Source of the DNA: Macrostomum lignano
Taxonomy: Eukaryota
Assembly: GCA_002269645.1 (NCBI GenBank)
Contig: NIVC01001891.1
Location: forward strand, 24,487 to 88,486
Reading direction: 5' to 3'
DNA: 64,000 bases
The notes beneath the pieces are model-generated. The model searched no databases, was not told the DNA's origin, and saw only the letters and a program-made list of their open reading frames with translations. Both the position numbers and the translations under genes were made by a program. This document shows, piece after piece, positions 1 through 13,200 of the stretch. Each line of letters starts with the position of its first letter. The stretch's first letter is position 1.

Positions 1-297
1 CAGGACAACAGGAACCACCGGATCTCCTTGCGCGACACTGCAGCACTAGCTTACCGTGGATGGCAGGGGTAAACAGAACGGGAAATGACGCCTCTCCGCT
101 GTATCAAGATGTATGTAACCCCCTGCACTGAAGTTAAGTAAGTAAGTCGATGTGTGAAAGTCTGATACCTGTGAGTGTGTCCTTAGTAGAGACTGTCGAC
201 CTTGTTTGTGGAATTTCAAAAGCAAACTAAGTAAACTGATGCAGGAAAAGTCACGTCTATCGTTACTACTATACATCAAGCTAATAAGCTCATTCAC

Positions 298-3174
298 CTG
301 GTACTCGACGCGACGGCACAGCCGCAGACAGCCGCTGGTATTGACACCAAAGCCGCCTCTCTGCGTTTGACGCTCACTGACTGTATCGAAACAGATCGAA
401 TTCAGTCTTGGTTGCTGCCACGCGTCCCAGTGCGATTGGTAGAACGTCTCAAACTCTGTGATATTTCCCGAAGTGTAGTTGTACACCGTCATGTTGTTCA
501 CGGGGGCTGGGTCGGTTGGAATTGGCATAACGTCGACGAAGAAGGCCGGCTCCCACAGGGCGTGGCACGGTTGCACTGCAGGTTCCAGTAGTAGGTCTGT
601 TGGCGTCGGCAGGTGCTCCGCAAGGCAGCCGCACTCGCTCAGGAATTCCAACTGTCTCTGAAGAAGCAGGCAGTCGCGCTGACCGGCGATGAAGCTCTGC
701 TGTCTGCCACCCTCCGTGTAGGTGACGTTGCCGAGACTGTCTGTGCAGCTATAGGCCTTCCGGTTCAGTTTTGTCTCTACTCGGCGACTCACCTTAGTGC
801 TGACTCGCTGAGCAAGCGGCACTTTGAAGGCGGTTGTCATGTCCGGCACCGTGCCTGTTCGGATGAGAATGGAATGTACTCGTAAGCAAGCAAGTAAGTT
901 GTACCAACCAACCAACCAACCAACCGACCAACCAACCAACCAACCGACCAACCAACCAACCAACAAACCAACAACCAACCAACCAACCAACCAACCAACC
1001 AACCAACCGACCAACCAACCAACCAACCAACTAACTAACCAACTAACCAACCAACCGACCAACTAACCAACTAACCAACCAACCAACCAACCAACCAACC
1101 AACCAACCAACCGACCAACCAACAAACTAACCAACCAACCAACCAACCAACCAACTAACCAACCGACCAACTAACCAACCAACCAACCAACCAACCGACT
1201 AACCAACCAACCAACCAACTAACCAACCAACCAACCAACCAACCGACCAACCGACCAACCAACCAAGCAACCAACCAACCAACCGACTAACCAACCAACC
1301 AACCAACTAACCAACTAACCAACCAACCAACCAACCAAGCAACCAACCAACCAACCAACCAACCAACCAACCAACCAACCAACCAAGCAACCAACCAACC
1401 AACCAACCAACCAACCAACCAACCAACCAACCAACCAACCAACCAACCAACCAAGCAACGGATACATCATGCATTATATTTTCATATTACTGTATAATAC
1501 CTGTATACAAAGTCTGTATACAAAGTCAGTCCGAGTACGACCCATGAGTCTTCCCATACGTGGCTACTTTAGTATTTATGATTTCTGTCTTTTACCCAGT
1601 TGCCTTTAACTTGATATAGACTTTATTGAACGACAGTATCGCCACTGCAGCGCACTTGACCCGCTCTGCAAGTAGCAGTCTTACCCCCAAAGCCAGTCAA
1701 TCAATAAGCAGTGTCATTATTACGCTTAACTTTGAGCTCTGGCTAGACCAGCTGCTGCTTTTGGCCGTTCTTCTAACAGTAGCTCCCTAACTCCCTATGC
1801 ACCCACCGCGTTTGCAATTGCTGTCTTTGGCTAATTTGTTGACAAATAACCCCATAAACCCCTGCAAGACACCAGTGCATAACTTTATTTGCGGCAAAAA
1901 AGCATAACTGACCTTAGTAATGCCCCAAGGGAAAATAATTGTGTTTAATTATGCATTCCACGTGACTTCTAAGCTGACTCACAAGAATGCAATGAGATTA
2001 TTTAATGGAAGTGAAGACCTTCCTGCAGACTGCAGAGTCCATTAGTGCACAGCACTCTTTGACTCGGAAAAAGAACGACTTAAGGACGATAGAAGACTTA
2101 AGCTTTTAAACTTCTGTGACTGCTTTCATGAGCTGTGACTAAAATTTGGTTACACGAGTGAACTGCTAAGCTAGCAGTTTCGTTGTGCCATAGACGAAAT
2201 CATTGTGGGCTGATTCTGGGTGCTCCATGCAGCGATTTTCCTTTTCTTCGCTCCTCGCAAGCCCCGCAAGCTAAACTCCTTTGCGGTCAGATAAATTCTT
2301 CAAAAAGAAGAAGAGTGAATGTCTTGCATAGATCGGAAGCAACTTTACTAAGTTTATTCCTAAGTTTGCTGATAGATCTTAACTCCGAAGCGAAGATCAA
2401 GAACAGGAAGCCAAGATAGCAAACAGATCAAGCTAAAAGCTTACCGGGCTCGTGCAAGCTGATGGAGAAGCCCGGGATGTGGTTAATTTCCTCCTCTTCT
2501 GTGAGGAAGCTGTTCGCATCCGAGTACAGCAGCAGGAAAAGCCCCTTGCCCTCCTCCGTCTGTGCAACGCTCCGATCCTCCGGCGTGAACGTGAAGCACA
2601 GGAAGCGCTCGGGGTCGCGGTACTCTGCGAACTCCTTGTCAAGATGGCAGTTTCGCGAGTTGAAAGTGCACGCTACCACCGTGTCTCGCAGCGTCTGGAA
2701 CTGCTGCGAGCGGTAGGCGACCTGCTTCAGACTGAACATGCCGTCATCGTAGGAGCTGTAGGGATAGTAGGGAATCGCTGGGTGGGACTTGTTCGACTTG
2801 ATGCGGTACCAGATCCTCGCCAGGTCGTACGTCATGTCGTACACGGACCGGTTGCTGCCATACCTGTTGGGGATGCTCGAGTTCGAGTAGAAGTAGTGGA
2901 TGTAGTCATTCGGACACACCGTCACCGACGGGAACTGGAAGTCGTCCAGACCTTCGAAGGCCTCGGTGTTGACCGGGTACTCTAAGTAGCGGGTGAGCAG
3001 TTGGCCAAGGTGGACGAAGAAGCCGACAACGGTGCCGAGGACGAACAGCAGCCAGACGGCGCGGTAGACGAGCGGCCCGTCGCTCAAACGTCGCACGCCG
3101 TGGATTGTCGTCTCCCTGGAGAACACGCGGCCGATCTCGGAGCGAGATTGGCTGTTAAGGTTTGTGTCGCTCAT
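298..3174 (-). CDS. DEG/ENaC (amiloride-sensitive channel family) gene, copy A; exon 1 3174-2445, exon 2 854-298, remaining exons off the left edge
   Basis: Exon 1 has the N-terminal FSRETTIHG (HG motif), TM1 ([22 protein letters not shown]), [14 protein letters not shown] and C-TFN. Its phase-1 donor (G/GTAAGC at 2444) joins the acceptor at 855 to give HEPG-TVPD. Exon 2 has Cys-rich thumb motifs (ECGC, C..LC..VEY) and a GTGAAT donor at 297. Confidence 0.9.
904..1459. repeat. (CCAA)n/(TTGG)n microsatellite in ENaC-A intron 1
   Basis: Direct tetranucleotide run with occasional CCGA, CTAA and GCAA variants. Confidence 0.97.
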
Positions 3175-3639
3175 GTTGCGATCTAATTGTTTGTAGACAA
3201 TCTCGTACTTTAAAACTGTATAATCTATTACTAGATTAAGTGTACAACTGCTGTGCGCATCGGCAAGACTTTTAAAGTCTCGAGTTGACTGCTTGCCTAT
3301 TGGATGGCATTTAGCTAAGGCTTGAGAACTGCTCAGCCAATAAAGCCTCAAGAATAGTTTAGAGTGGCTTTAGACTCGAGTGGTTTCCCATGAACCCTTA
3401 TACCTCAGTGAGCTATTCTCCTGCAATGGAGCATGACTAATTGGCTAAAAAATGCCATTAAGTAAATCAATGAGGCAAGAGAAATGACCAATCGAATGAG
3501 CCAGGGCTACGGCAGATATGTAAGCTATGGAGAAACAGGCTGCACAGAAAGATTTAGTCTATTTCTATATTTGGTCTAATTCATATAGCTAGCGAAATAT
3601 ATGCTAATAACAGATTATTCTTGCGGATACATGAATAAA

Positions 3640-6345
3640 TACAATTTAATCTTCCAGATTACAGGTTAATCTTCCAGATTACAGGTTAATCTTCCAGATG
3701 AAAGGTAGGAATACATGTTAATCTTCCAGATTACAGGTAAGAATACAGGTTAATCATCCAGTTTACAGGTAAAAATACAGACTAATCTTCCAGATTACAG
3801 GTAGGAATACAGGTTATTTTTCCAGATTACAGGAAAGAATACAGGTTACTCTTCCAGATTACAGGCAAGAATACAGGTTATTCTTCCAGATTACAGCAAA
3901 GAATACAGGTTAATCATCCAGTTAACAGGAAAGAAAGAATACACGTTAATCATCAAGATTACAGGAAAGAAAGAATACAGGTTAATCATCCAGATTACAG
4001 GAAGGAATACACGTTAATCATCCAGATTACAGGAAAGAATACAGGTCAATCATCCAGATTACAGAAAAGAAAGAATACAGGTTAATCATCCAGATTACAG
4101 GAAAGAATACAGGTCAATCATCCAGATTACAGAAAAGAAAGAATACAGGTTAATCATCCAGATTACAGGAAAGAATACAGGTCAATCATCCAGTTAACAG
4201 GAAATAAATAATACAGGTTAATCATCCAGATTACAGGAAATAAATAATACAGGTTAATCATCCAGATCGCAGGAAAGAAAGAATACAGGTTAATTATCCA
4301 GATATCAGGAAAGAAAACAGGTTAATCTTCTAGATTACAGGTAAGAATACAGGTTAATCATCCAGATATCAGGAAAGAATACAGGTCAATCATCCAGATT
4401 ACAGAAAAGAAAGAATACAGGTTAATCATCCAGATTACAGGAAAGAATACAGGTCAATCATCCAGATTACAGGAAATAAATAATACAGGTTAATCATCCA
4501 GTTAACAGGAAATAAATAATACAGGTTAATCATCCAGTTAACAGGAAATAAATAATACAGGTTAATCATCCAGTTAACAGGAAATAAATAATACAGGTTA
4601 ATCATCCAGATTACAGGAAATAAATAATACAGGTTAATCATCCAGATTACAGGAAAGAATACAGGTCAATCATCCAGATTACAGAAAAGAAAGAATACAG
4701 GTTAATCATCCAGATTACAGGAAAGAATACAGGTCAATCATCCAGATTACAGGAAATAAATAATACAGGTTAATCATCCAGTTAACAGGAAATAAATAAT
4801 ACAGGTTAATCATCCAGATTACAGGAAAGAATACAGGTCAATCATCCAGTTAACAGGAAATAAATAATACAGGTTAATCATCCAGATTACAGGAAATAAA
4901 TAATACAGGTTAATCATCCAGTTAACAGGAAATAAATAATACAGGTTAATCATCCAGTTAACAGGAAATAAATAATACAGGTTAATCATCCAGTTAACAG
5001 GAAATAAATAATACAGGTTAATCATCCAGTTAACAGGAAATAAATAATACAGGTTAATCATCCAGTTAACAGGAAATAAATAATACAGGTTAATCATCCA
5101 GTTAACAGGAAATAAATAATACAGGTCAATCATCCAGATTGCAGAAAAGAAAGAATACAGGTTAATCATCCAGATTACAGGAAATAAATAATACAGGTTA
5201 ATCATCCAGTTAACAGGAAATAAATAATACAGGTTAATCATCCAGTTAACAGGAAATAAATAATACAGGTTAATCATCCAGTTAACAGGAAATAAATAAT
5301 ACAGGTTAATCATCCAGTTAACAGGAAATAAATAATACAGGTTAATCATCCAGTTAACAGGAAATAAATAATACAGGTTAATCATCCAGTTAACAGGAAA
5401 TAAATAATACAGGTTAATCATCCAGTTAACAGGAAATAAATAATACAGGTTAATCATCCAGTTAACAGGAAATAAATAATACAGGTTAATCATCCAGATT
5501 GCAGGAAAGAAAGAATACAGGTTAATTATCCAGATTGCAGGAAAGAAAGAATACAGGTTAATTATCCAGATTGCAGGAAAGAAAGAATACAGGTTAATTA
5601 TCCAGATATCAGGAAAGAAAACAGGTTAATCTTCTAGATTACAGGTAAGAATACAGGTTAATCATCCAGATATCAGGAAAGAATACAGGTTAATCATCCA
5701 GATTACGGGAAAGAATACAGGTTAATCATCCAGATTACGGGAAAGAATACAGGTTAATCATCCAGATTACGGGAAAGAATACAGGTTAATCATCCAGATT
5801 ACGGGAAAGAATACAGGTTAATCATCCAGATATCAGGAAAGAATACAGGTTAATCATCCAGATTACAGGAAAGAATACAGGTTAATCATCCAGATTACAG
5901 GAAATAATACAGGTTAATCATCCAGATTACAGGAAAGAATACAGGTTACTCTTCCAGATTACAGGAAAGAATACAGGTTAATCATCCAGATTACAGGAAA
6001 GAATACAGGTTAATCATCCAGATTACAGGAAAGAATACAGGTTAATCATCCAGATTACAGGAAAGAATACAGGTTAATCATCCAGATTACAGGAAAGAAT
6101 ACAGGTTAATCATCCAGATTACAGGAAAGAATACAGGTTAATCATCCAGATTACAGGAAAGAAAGCAGGTTAATCATCCAGATTACAGGAAAGAATACAG
6201 GTTACTCTTCCAGATTACAGGAAAGAATACAGGTTAATCATCCAGATATCAGGAAAGAATACAGGTTAATCATCCAGATATCAGGAAAGAATACAGGTTA
6301 ATCATCCAGATATCAGGAAAGAATACAGGTTAATCATCCAGATTA
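3640..6345. repeat. Minisatellite with 32- and 36-bp units (AATACAGGTTAATCATCCAG core) between the two ENaC genes
   Basis: Tandem AATACAGGTTAATCATCCAGTTAACAGGAAATAAAT (36 bp) and AATACAGGTTAATCATCCAGATTACAGGAAAG (32 bp) units. Confidence 0.95.
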
Positions 6346-7086
6346 AGGGAAATAATGCGGGTTAATCTTTCAGTAATTATGTATGCAAGACTGAAGGGTC
6401 CCTGGTTATTTACTTTTCCATAATGGAAGGCGGTGACCTTGTTGCACGCATATTTCTCATACTAATAGAAAACACAAGCAAAAAACCTTTTTGTCTGAAA
6501 TAGATGGTACAATTTCTCAAGCTGACAGGTTGAAAGTTAAATATAGTTAATCATATTTCCATGGCTTTCTAAAGAAGACTTTCAGAGCAGCATTTTAACC
6601 ATTATTGATTCTCAACTGTCAGCTGCCAAGAAAAATTTGAGTTGACTGGCTTTGAGTAGTCTCTAAGACTGCTTCTGTTAAGCCAGACATTCAGACAGTC
6701 AAACAAAGAAACACTTTCAACTGTCACCGCAACAAACATTCCCAAGTAAGAGTACTATTTTAATTATTAAAACAGGCCAGAGAAAGTCAAATAAGCAGAT
6801 TAAAGCGCACGAAAATTAACCTTTCAATGCAGACTCAGTTCAAACCCGAATCAGGCACGGGAGTTTAGAAATTGATGCGAAATAGAAATTAGAAATCTTA
6901 TTAGCAAATATAGTGCTAATTTGCGATGCGCTTACTCATAAGTAGCGGAAGCATTTTAGATAGCTAAGCTTCGTACAGCCTCGTACGAGATAAGAGTGCA
7001 TTTTTTATAGTAATAAACTCCCAAGGCGCACTCAAAGGTTTAGTAAATGTGTACTAAATACTGCTAGAACGCGTCGAGGCGATGCA

Positions 7087-7461
7087 CTAAGCATGGACGT
7101 CAACATCAAGATGGCCAGTCACGGAGCTGACGCTGGCGCAGTGGATCGCACTGGCTGTCCCCGCAGCAGCCGCAGCAGTGGCCTCTGTGGAGCTCGATTT
7201 GCCATCAGATACGACTTTTCGATCGCTGCCAGCCTGATCAGTGTCGTCTGATGTCGACAGGGCACCGGAGAACGGAGTCAGAAAGAGGCGAACTACCAGC
7301 TCGACCAGTTCGATCACAGTGATGATGCTGGCACCCATCCACAGGCCTGGAGGGCGGCAGTTAGTTAGTTAATTAGTTAGTTAGCTAGTTAATTAGTTAG
7401 TTAGTTAGTTAGTTACTTAGTTAATTAGTTAGTTAGTTAGTTAGTTAGTTAATTAGTTAGC

Positions 7462-7492
<31 letters not shown>

Positions 7493-10400
7493 CTAGCTAG
7501 CTAATTAGTTAGTTAGTTAGTTAGTTAGTTAATAATTAGTTAGGCAGTCAGTCAGTCAGTTAGCCAGTCTTCAGTGCCATCGCAGGTAAAGAAGAAACCC
7601 CAGTCTGCAAAACTCACGTCAATCATCATGTTTGACATGGGTAATTAATTTTCAGATCAACTTACTACGGAAAATAATTTAGGCTAGTTAGTTAGTAGGA
7701 CATTATTTTCCATACTGGAGTCTGCATCGGTCTGTTACTTTTCAGTGCTGTACTTTGAGAAAGGAACTTTCAAATATTTGCTCACCCCATCATTAACGGC
7801 CTATAGCTGGCAGTCGATTTGAGAATATGAGAGAAAATATTGAATAAAGGTGCTCAAGTGTGTGCAGGCAGCTGCTCAATCTTCTCAGTAATGAAATAAT
7901 GGATTGATTGATTACTGGGCTGAGTTTGCCAGACTGGGGTGGCACTGCGACAAGTGTGACCTGATTAACACTTTAACAGACGGCGTGACTTGGAATTCAG
8001 TTCGGCAAAATTTTTATAAAGCATGAAACAGAATTTTTAGTGGTCCTCGGCTTTTGCTTTCAAAGGATTTAGAAATCTACTGAATTGATTTGAGTGCTGC
8101 TTCAGACTTATTGCAAATACCTCCAGACATGGAGTAGATGAGACAGCAGGACATTTCAATGACAGAGTGGATAAACAGCAGGACATTTCAATGACAGAGT
8201 AGATGAGACAGCAGGACATTTCAATGACAGAGTGGATAAGACAGCAGGACATTTAGAAGACACAAAATGGATGAGACAGCAGGACATTTAGAATGTACAC
8301 TAAATGGATGAGACAGCAGGACATTTAGAATGTACACTAAATGGATGAGACAGCAGGACATTTAGAATGTACACTAAATGGATGAGACAGCAGGACATTT
8401 AGAATGTACACTAAATGGATGAGACAGCAGGACATTTAGAAGACACAGAGTGGATGAGACAGCAGGACATTTAGAAGACACAGAGTGGATGAGACAGCAG
8501 GACATTTAGAATGTACACTAAATGGATGAGACAGCAGGACATTTAGAAGACACAGAGTGGATGAGACAGCAGGACATTTAGAAGACACAGAGTGGATGAG
8601 ACAGCAGGTAATTTAGAAGACACAGAGTGGATGAGACAGCAGGACATTTAGGACACAGAGTGGATGAGACAGCAGGACATTTAGAAGACACAGAGTGGAT
8701 GAGACAGCAGGACATTTAGAAGACACAGAGTGGATGAGACAGCAGGACATTTAGAAGACACAGAGTGGATGAGACAGCAGGACATTTAGAAGACACAGAG
8801 TGGATGAGACAGCAGGACATTTAGAAGACACAGAGTGGATGAGACAGCAGGACATTTAGAAGACACAGAGTGGATGAGACAGCAGGACATTTAGAAGACA
8901 CAGAGTGGATGAGACAGCAGGACATTTAGAAGACACAGAGTGGATGAGACAGCAGGACATTTAGAAGACACAGAGTGGATGAGACAGCAGGACATTTAGA
9001 AGACACAGAGTGGATGAGACAGCAGGACATTTAGAAGACACAGAGTGGATGAGACAGCAAGACATTTAGAAGACACAGAGTGGATGAGACAGCAGGACAT
9101 TTAGAAGACACAGAGTGGATGAGACAGCAAGACATTTAGAAGACACAGAGTGGATGAGACAGCAGGACATTTAGAAGACACAGAGTAGATGAGACAGCAG
9201 GGCATTTAGAAGACACAGAGTGGATGAGACAGCAGGACATTTAGAAGACACAGAGTGGATGAGACAGCAGGACATTTAGAAGACACAGAGTGGATGAGAC
9301 AGCAGGACATTTAGAAGACACAGAGTGGATGAGACAGCAGGACATTTAGAAGACACAGAGTGGATGAGACAGCAGGACATTTAGAAGACACAGAGTGGAT
9401 GAGACAGCAGGACATTTAGAAGACACAGAGTGGATGAGACAGCAGGACATTTAGAAGACACAGAGTGGATGAGACAGCAGGACATTTAGAAGACACAGAG
9501 TGGATGAGACAGCAAGACATTTAGAAGACACAGAGTGGATGAGACAGCAGGACATTTAGAAGACACTGAGTGGATGAGACAGCAAGACATTTAGAAGACA
9601 CAGAGTGGATGAGACAGCAGGACATTTAGAAGACACAGAGTGGATGAGACAGCAGGACATTTAGAAGACAGAGAGGATGAGACAGCAAGACAGACAACAC
9701 AGATCCCCTCCCCCAGCAACAAACCCAAAATTCCTCCCAGATCCGACAGCAGGTTCCTCAGCGGGTAGACCCAGTCCTCGATGCTGTGCATTGTACTGCT
9801 GGTAGCAGCTCCAAGGTCCAACAGAGAAAAATATTGAAACTTCTCAGTCAATGGCCGAGATTTAGCTTCAAGCAGGATGTCCAACCTGTCCAGACCAGAG
9901 TCCAGAGCCCGAGCGATGGCTCGATCGATGTAGAGGTTTACCGAGTTGTTTGTTGCGTTCAGCGAGTAATTATTGTTAGAATTTGATGTTGAATTTTTTA
10001 GCTGTAAACAGGTATGTCGCGGCCAGCTCGTGGCGGTGACGCTTGACTAAAATTAATAATGAAGTGAGTTAGTAGACTCCAAACTAAGAAAGCAGGTGGT
10101 TAAGCTACCTGTTTTTTTAAGATAAATAAAGCTACTGCTAATAGGGCACCAAAGCTACTGCTAATCGAGCGCCAAAGCTACTGCTAATAGAGCGCCAAAG
10201 CTACTGCTAATAAGGCGCCAAAGCTACTGCTAATAGGGCACCAAAGCTACTGCTAATAAGGCGCCAAAGCTACTGCTAATAAGGCGCCAAAGCTACTGCT
10301 AATAGAGCGCCAAAGCTACTGCTAATAGGGCGCCAAAGCTACTGCTAATAGAGCGCCAAAGCTACTGCTAATAGGGCGCCAAAGCTACTGCTAATAGAGC

Positions 10401-13200
10401 GCCAAAGCTACTGCTAATAAGGCGCCAAAGCTAATTCAAGGTGGCGCAATTGCCGTTGCCCCTGACCCCTTAGCTACGGCCTCTAGCTAATATTTCGATA
10501 TTTGCATTGATCAGACCGGATACTCGATCCGGCAACAAAGGCGCTGACAGCCGCTAGCGTGCGAGCCGCCGCCTCTCTGAGTCTGGAGATGTCGAATTCG
10601 ATCGAAACAGAGCGATCGCAGCCTCTGCGGCTGCCACTCTGCCCAGTGTGACCGGTAGAATGTCTCGAAGTCTTCAACAGTACCGGATGTGAAGTTTATC
10701 ACCGTCATGTTGTTCAACTTTGCGGGAAAAACTGGAACTGGATCAACGTCGACGAAGAAGGCCGGCTCCCACAGGGCGTGACACGGTTGCACTGCCGGTC
10801 CCAGCAGGTCTGTTGGCATCGGCAGGTGCTCCGCCAGGCAGCCGCACTCCCTCAGGAATTCCAGCTGTCGCTGGCGAAGCAGACAGTCGCGCTGACCGGC
10901 GATGAAGCTCTGCTGTCTGCCACCCTCCGTGTAGGTGACGTTGCCCAGACTGTCTGTGCAGCTATAAGCCTTCCGGTTCAGCTTTGTCTCTTCGTGACGA
11001 GTCACCTTAGCGCTGACTCGCTGAGCGAGCGGCACTTTGAAGGCGGTTGTCATGTCCGGCGCTGTGCCTGTTAGTCATTGGTCAAGGTAATATTAATAAT
11101 AATTTATAATTGATTACACCTCGCCTAGTAGGCAGATAAGCAACCGACATCTGAAGGCTGCGTACGGCTGTTCAGTCCAAGTACTGGGGGTCGCCACACA
11201 CATCCTCAATTACCCCAGCTAATGCTGGCACCCATTTTACAGCTGGGTGAATTGAAGCAATGCAGAGTGAAGTGTCTTGCTCAAGGACACAAATTGTTCC
11301 GAAAGGGGCCCGAATCGAACCCCGACCCTTTCATTCGAGAGGATGACGCTCTAACCACTAGGCAACAATCCCTAGTTACTACATGGTGGGTCAAGGTAAC
11401 TTGATACGCATGCATAGATATTTAATTAGCTAGGTAATCTTGAAAATGAAAAACTTGCAACTTTTCTGGACTTGACATTATGCTCCGGATTAGGTATTTA
11501 TGGATTAGGGATCAAGGTGTGTTCGTCTCTAGCTACGCTTTTTCAGCGGACGGAGTTTGCGGATGCTTGCGTCAGACTGCTGGCCGAACTGAACTAGGAA
11601 ACTGTCGTTGCTGAATAGTATATGCATCAAACAAAGGCGCTCTCTCCTAGTCCGCTACCGTCTTTATCTACGCATTTGATCCTAGCGTATCTCGTCTAAG
11701 TAAAAAAAAGATAGAATACACAACCAACAACAACAAGGCCGGCCTAAATAAGTAAACGAGCGTATATATATAAGGAATTAAATTAAGGGGGGTTGAGTGT
11801 ACGCTCGTAGATAAGACAAGGAGGGGTGGAGGTCGCGACGAAAGAAGGAGGCGAGATCGAAGAGCCAATCAGAAGGCAGCGAGGGGAGAGAGCTAGAGAA
11901 AATAGCAAGACTAAACTAGGCAGGAACGTTGAGTAAACAGAGTGAACAGACAAGTGCAGATGGACTAGGAAAGTCGAGTAAAGACTATACATGTACTTAA
12001 GAGCCCAAGGGCCGGAGAACAACATTTGGGTAGAATGGGACAGCCAATCAAAATTGGGTACGCAGTGGGCTAAGGGCAGAAGGAATGTGGTGGGGGTTGG
12101 CTCTTGTAGACGTGATTACGATCCAATGCTTTCATCTTAGCAACGTGCTTTTGCTCGTGTTGTGCAGTCTCGCTTGAAAAATTCGTCCGATTGTTTTGCA
12201 GCAAAATATATTTTCAAGGTAATCAGTTTTCTTTATATCAAATCTAGGTTTGCTTCTTCAGTATCTAGGAAATTCTATACATTTATAACCTATACAAGAC
12301 CTCCTTATCTTGTAAAAAGCATTGCTTTCTGAGCAGTCAGTCAGATGCAGTAAGGAACAGACACAATTTCAAGAGGCCCTACGCACCTGATGCTAGCAAT
12401 TCGAACGAAAAATGCTAATATTTAGCGTCAAGAGTTGTGACACTAGACTGCTCTCTATACTATAGCTTACCGGGCTCGTGCAAGCTGATGGAGAAGCCCG
12501 GGATGTGGTTAATTTCCTCCTCTTCTGTGAGGAAGCTGTTCGCATCCGAGTACAGCAGCAGGAAAAGCCCCTTGCCCTCCTCCGTCTGTGCAATGCTCCG
12601 ATCCTCCGGCGTGAATGTGAAGCACAGGAAGCGCTCGGGGTCGCGGTACTCTGCGAACTCCTTGTCAAGATGGCAGTTTCGCGAGTTGAAAGTGCACGCT
12701 ACCACCGTGTCTCGCAGCGTCTGGAACTGCTGCGAGCGGTAGGCGACCTGCTTCAGACTGAACATGCCGTCATCGTAGGAGCTGTAGGGATAGTAGGGAA
12801 TCGCTGGGTGGGACTCGTTCGACTTGATGCGGTACCAGATCCTCGCCAGGTCGTACGTCATGTCGTACACGGACCGGTTGCTGCCATACCTGTTGGGGAT
12901 GCTCGAGTTCGAGTAGAAGTAGTGGATGTAGTCATTCGGACACACTGTCACCGACGGGAACTGGAAGTCGTCCAGACCTTCGAAGGCCTCGGTGTTGACC
13001 GGGTACTCCAAGTAGCGGGTGAGCAGCTGGCCAAGGTGGACGAAGAAGCCGACAACGGTGCCGAGGACGAACAGCAGCCAGACGGCGCGGTAGACGAGCG
13101 GCCCGTCGCTCAGACGTCGCACGCCGTGGATTGTCGTCTCCCTGGAGAACACGCGGCCGATCTCGGAGCGACTCGCGTCTATACGGTCGGACAGGTGCAT
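7087..13200 (-). CDS. DEG/ENaC channel gene, copy B, complete; exons 13200-12471, 11067-10517, 10046-9725, 7346-7087 (620 aa)
   Basis: All three introns are GT-AG with compatible phases, and the exons sum to 1863 nt. Contains the HG motif, TM1, FPSVTVCP, thumb cysteines, the post-thumb SSVTATSWP, and TM2 LLSDLGGILG/LWMGASIITVIELVEL with the GAS selectivity filter. Confidence 0.92.
7361..7563. repeat. (TTAG)n microsatellite
   Basis: Visible tetranucleotide run just intronic of ENaC-B exon 4. Confidence 0.95.
8138..9690. repeat. 35-bp minisatellite (GACACAGAGTGGATGAGACAGCAGGACATTTAGAA) in ENaC-B intron 3
   Basis: Near-perfect tandem copies with period 35. Confidence 0.96.
10128..10433. repeat. 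23-bp minisatellite (AAAGCTACTGCTAATAGGGCGCC) in ENaC-B intron 2
   Basis: About 13 tandem copies. Confidence 0.93.
11091..11388 (-). mobile_element. tRNA-derived SINE with conserved central domain and (TTA)n-like tail
   Basis: Minus strand: A-box-like TGCCTAGTGG, B-box GGTTCGATTC, central GTCCTTGAGCAAGACACTT...CACCCAGCTGTAAAATGGGT, 3' GGTGTAATCAATTAT. Flanked by the direct repeat GGTCAAGGTAA (11080-11090 and 11389-11399). A second copy lies at about 16010-16308. Confidence 0.85.

Noticed and set aside
1-60. Possible ENaC-A exon 3 start (VSRKEIRW or CCSVAQGDP frames)
   Set aside because: Two competing acceptors and frames, and the window ends; cannot be resolved.
4435-5493. MINLYYLFPVNW-repeat ORFs
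   Set aside because: Translation of the 36-bp minisatellite.
8138-9690. 35-bp repeat array as a possible CRISPR
   Set aside because: Units are head-to-tail with no unique spacers, lie in a spliceosomal intron, and have no cas genes nearby. The same applies to all other arrays in the window.
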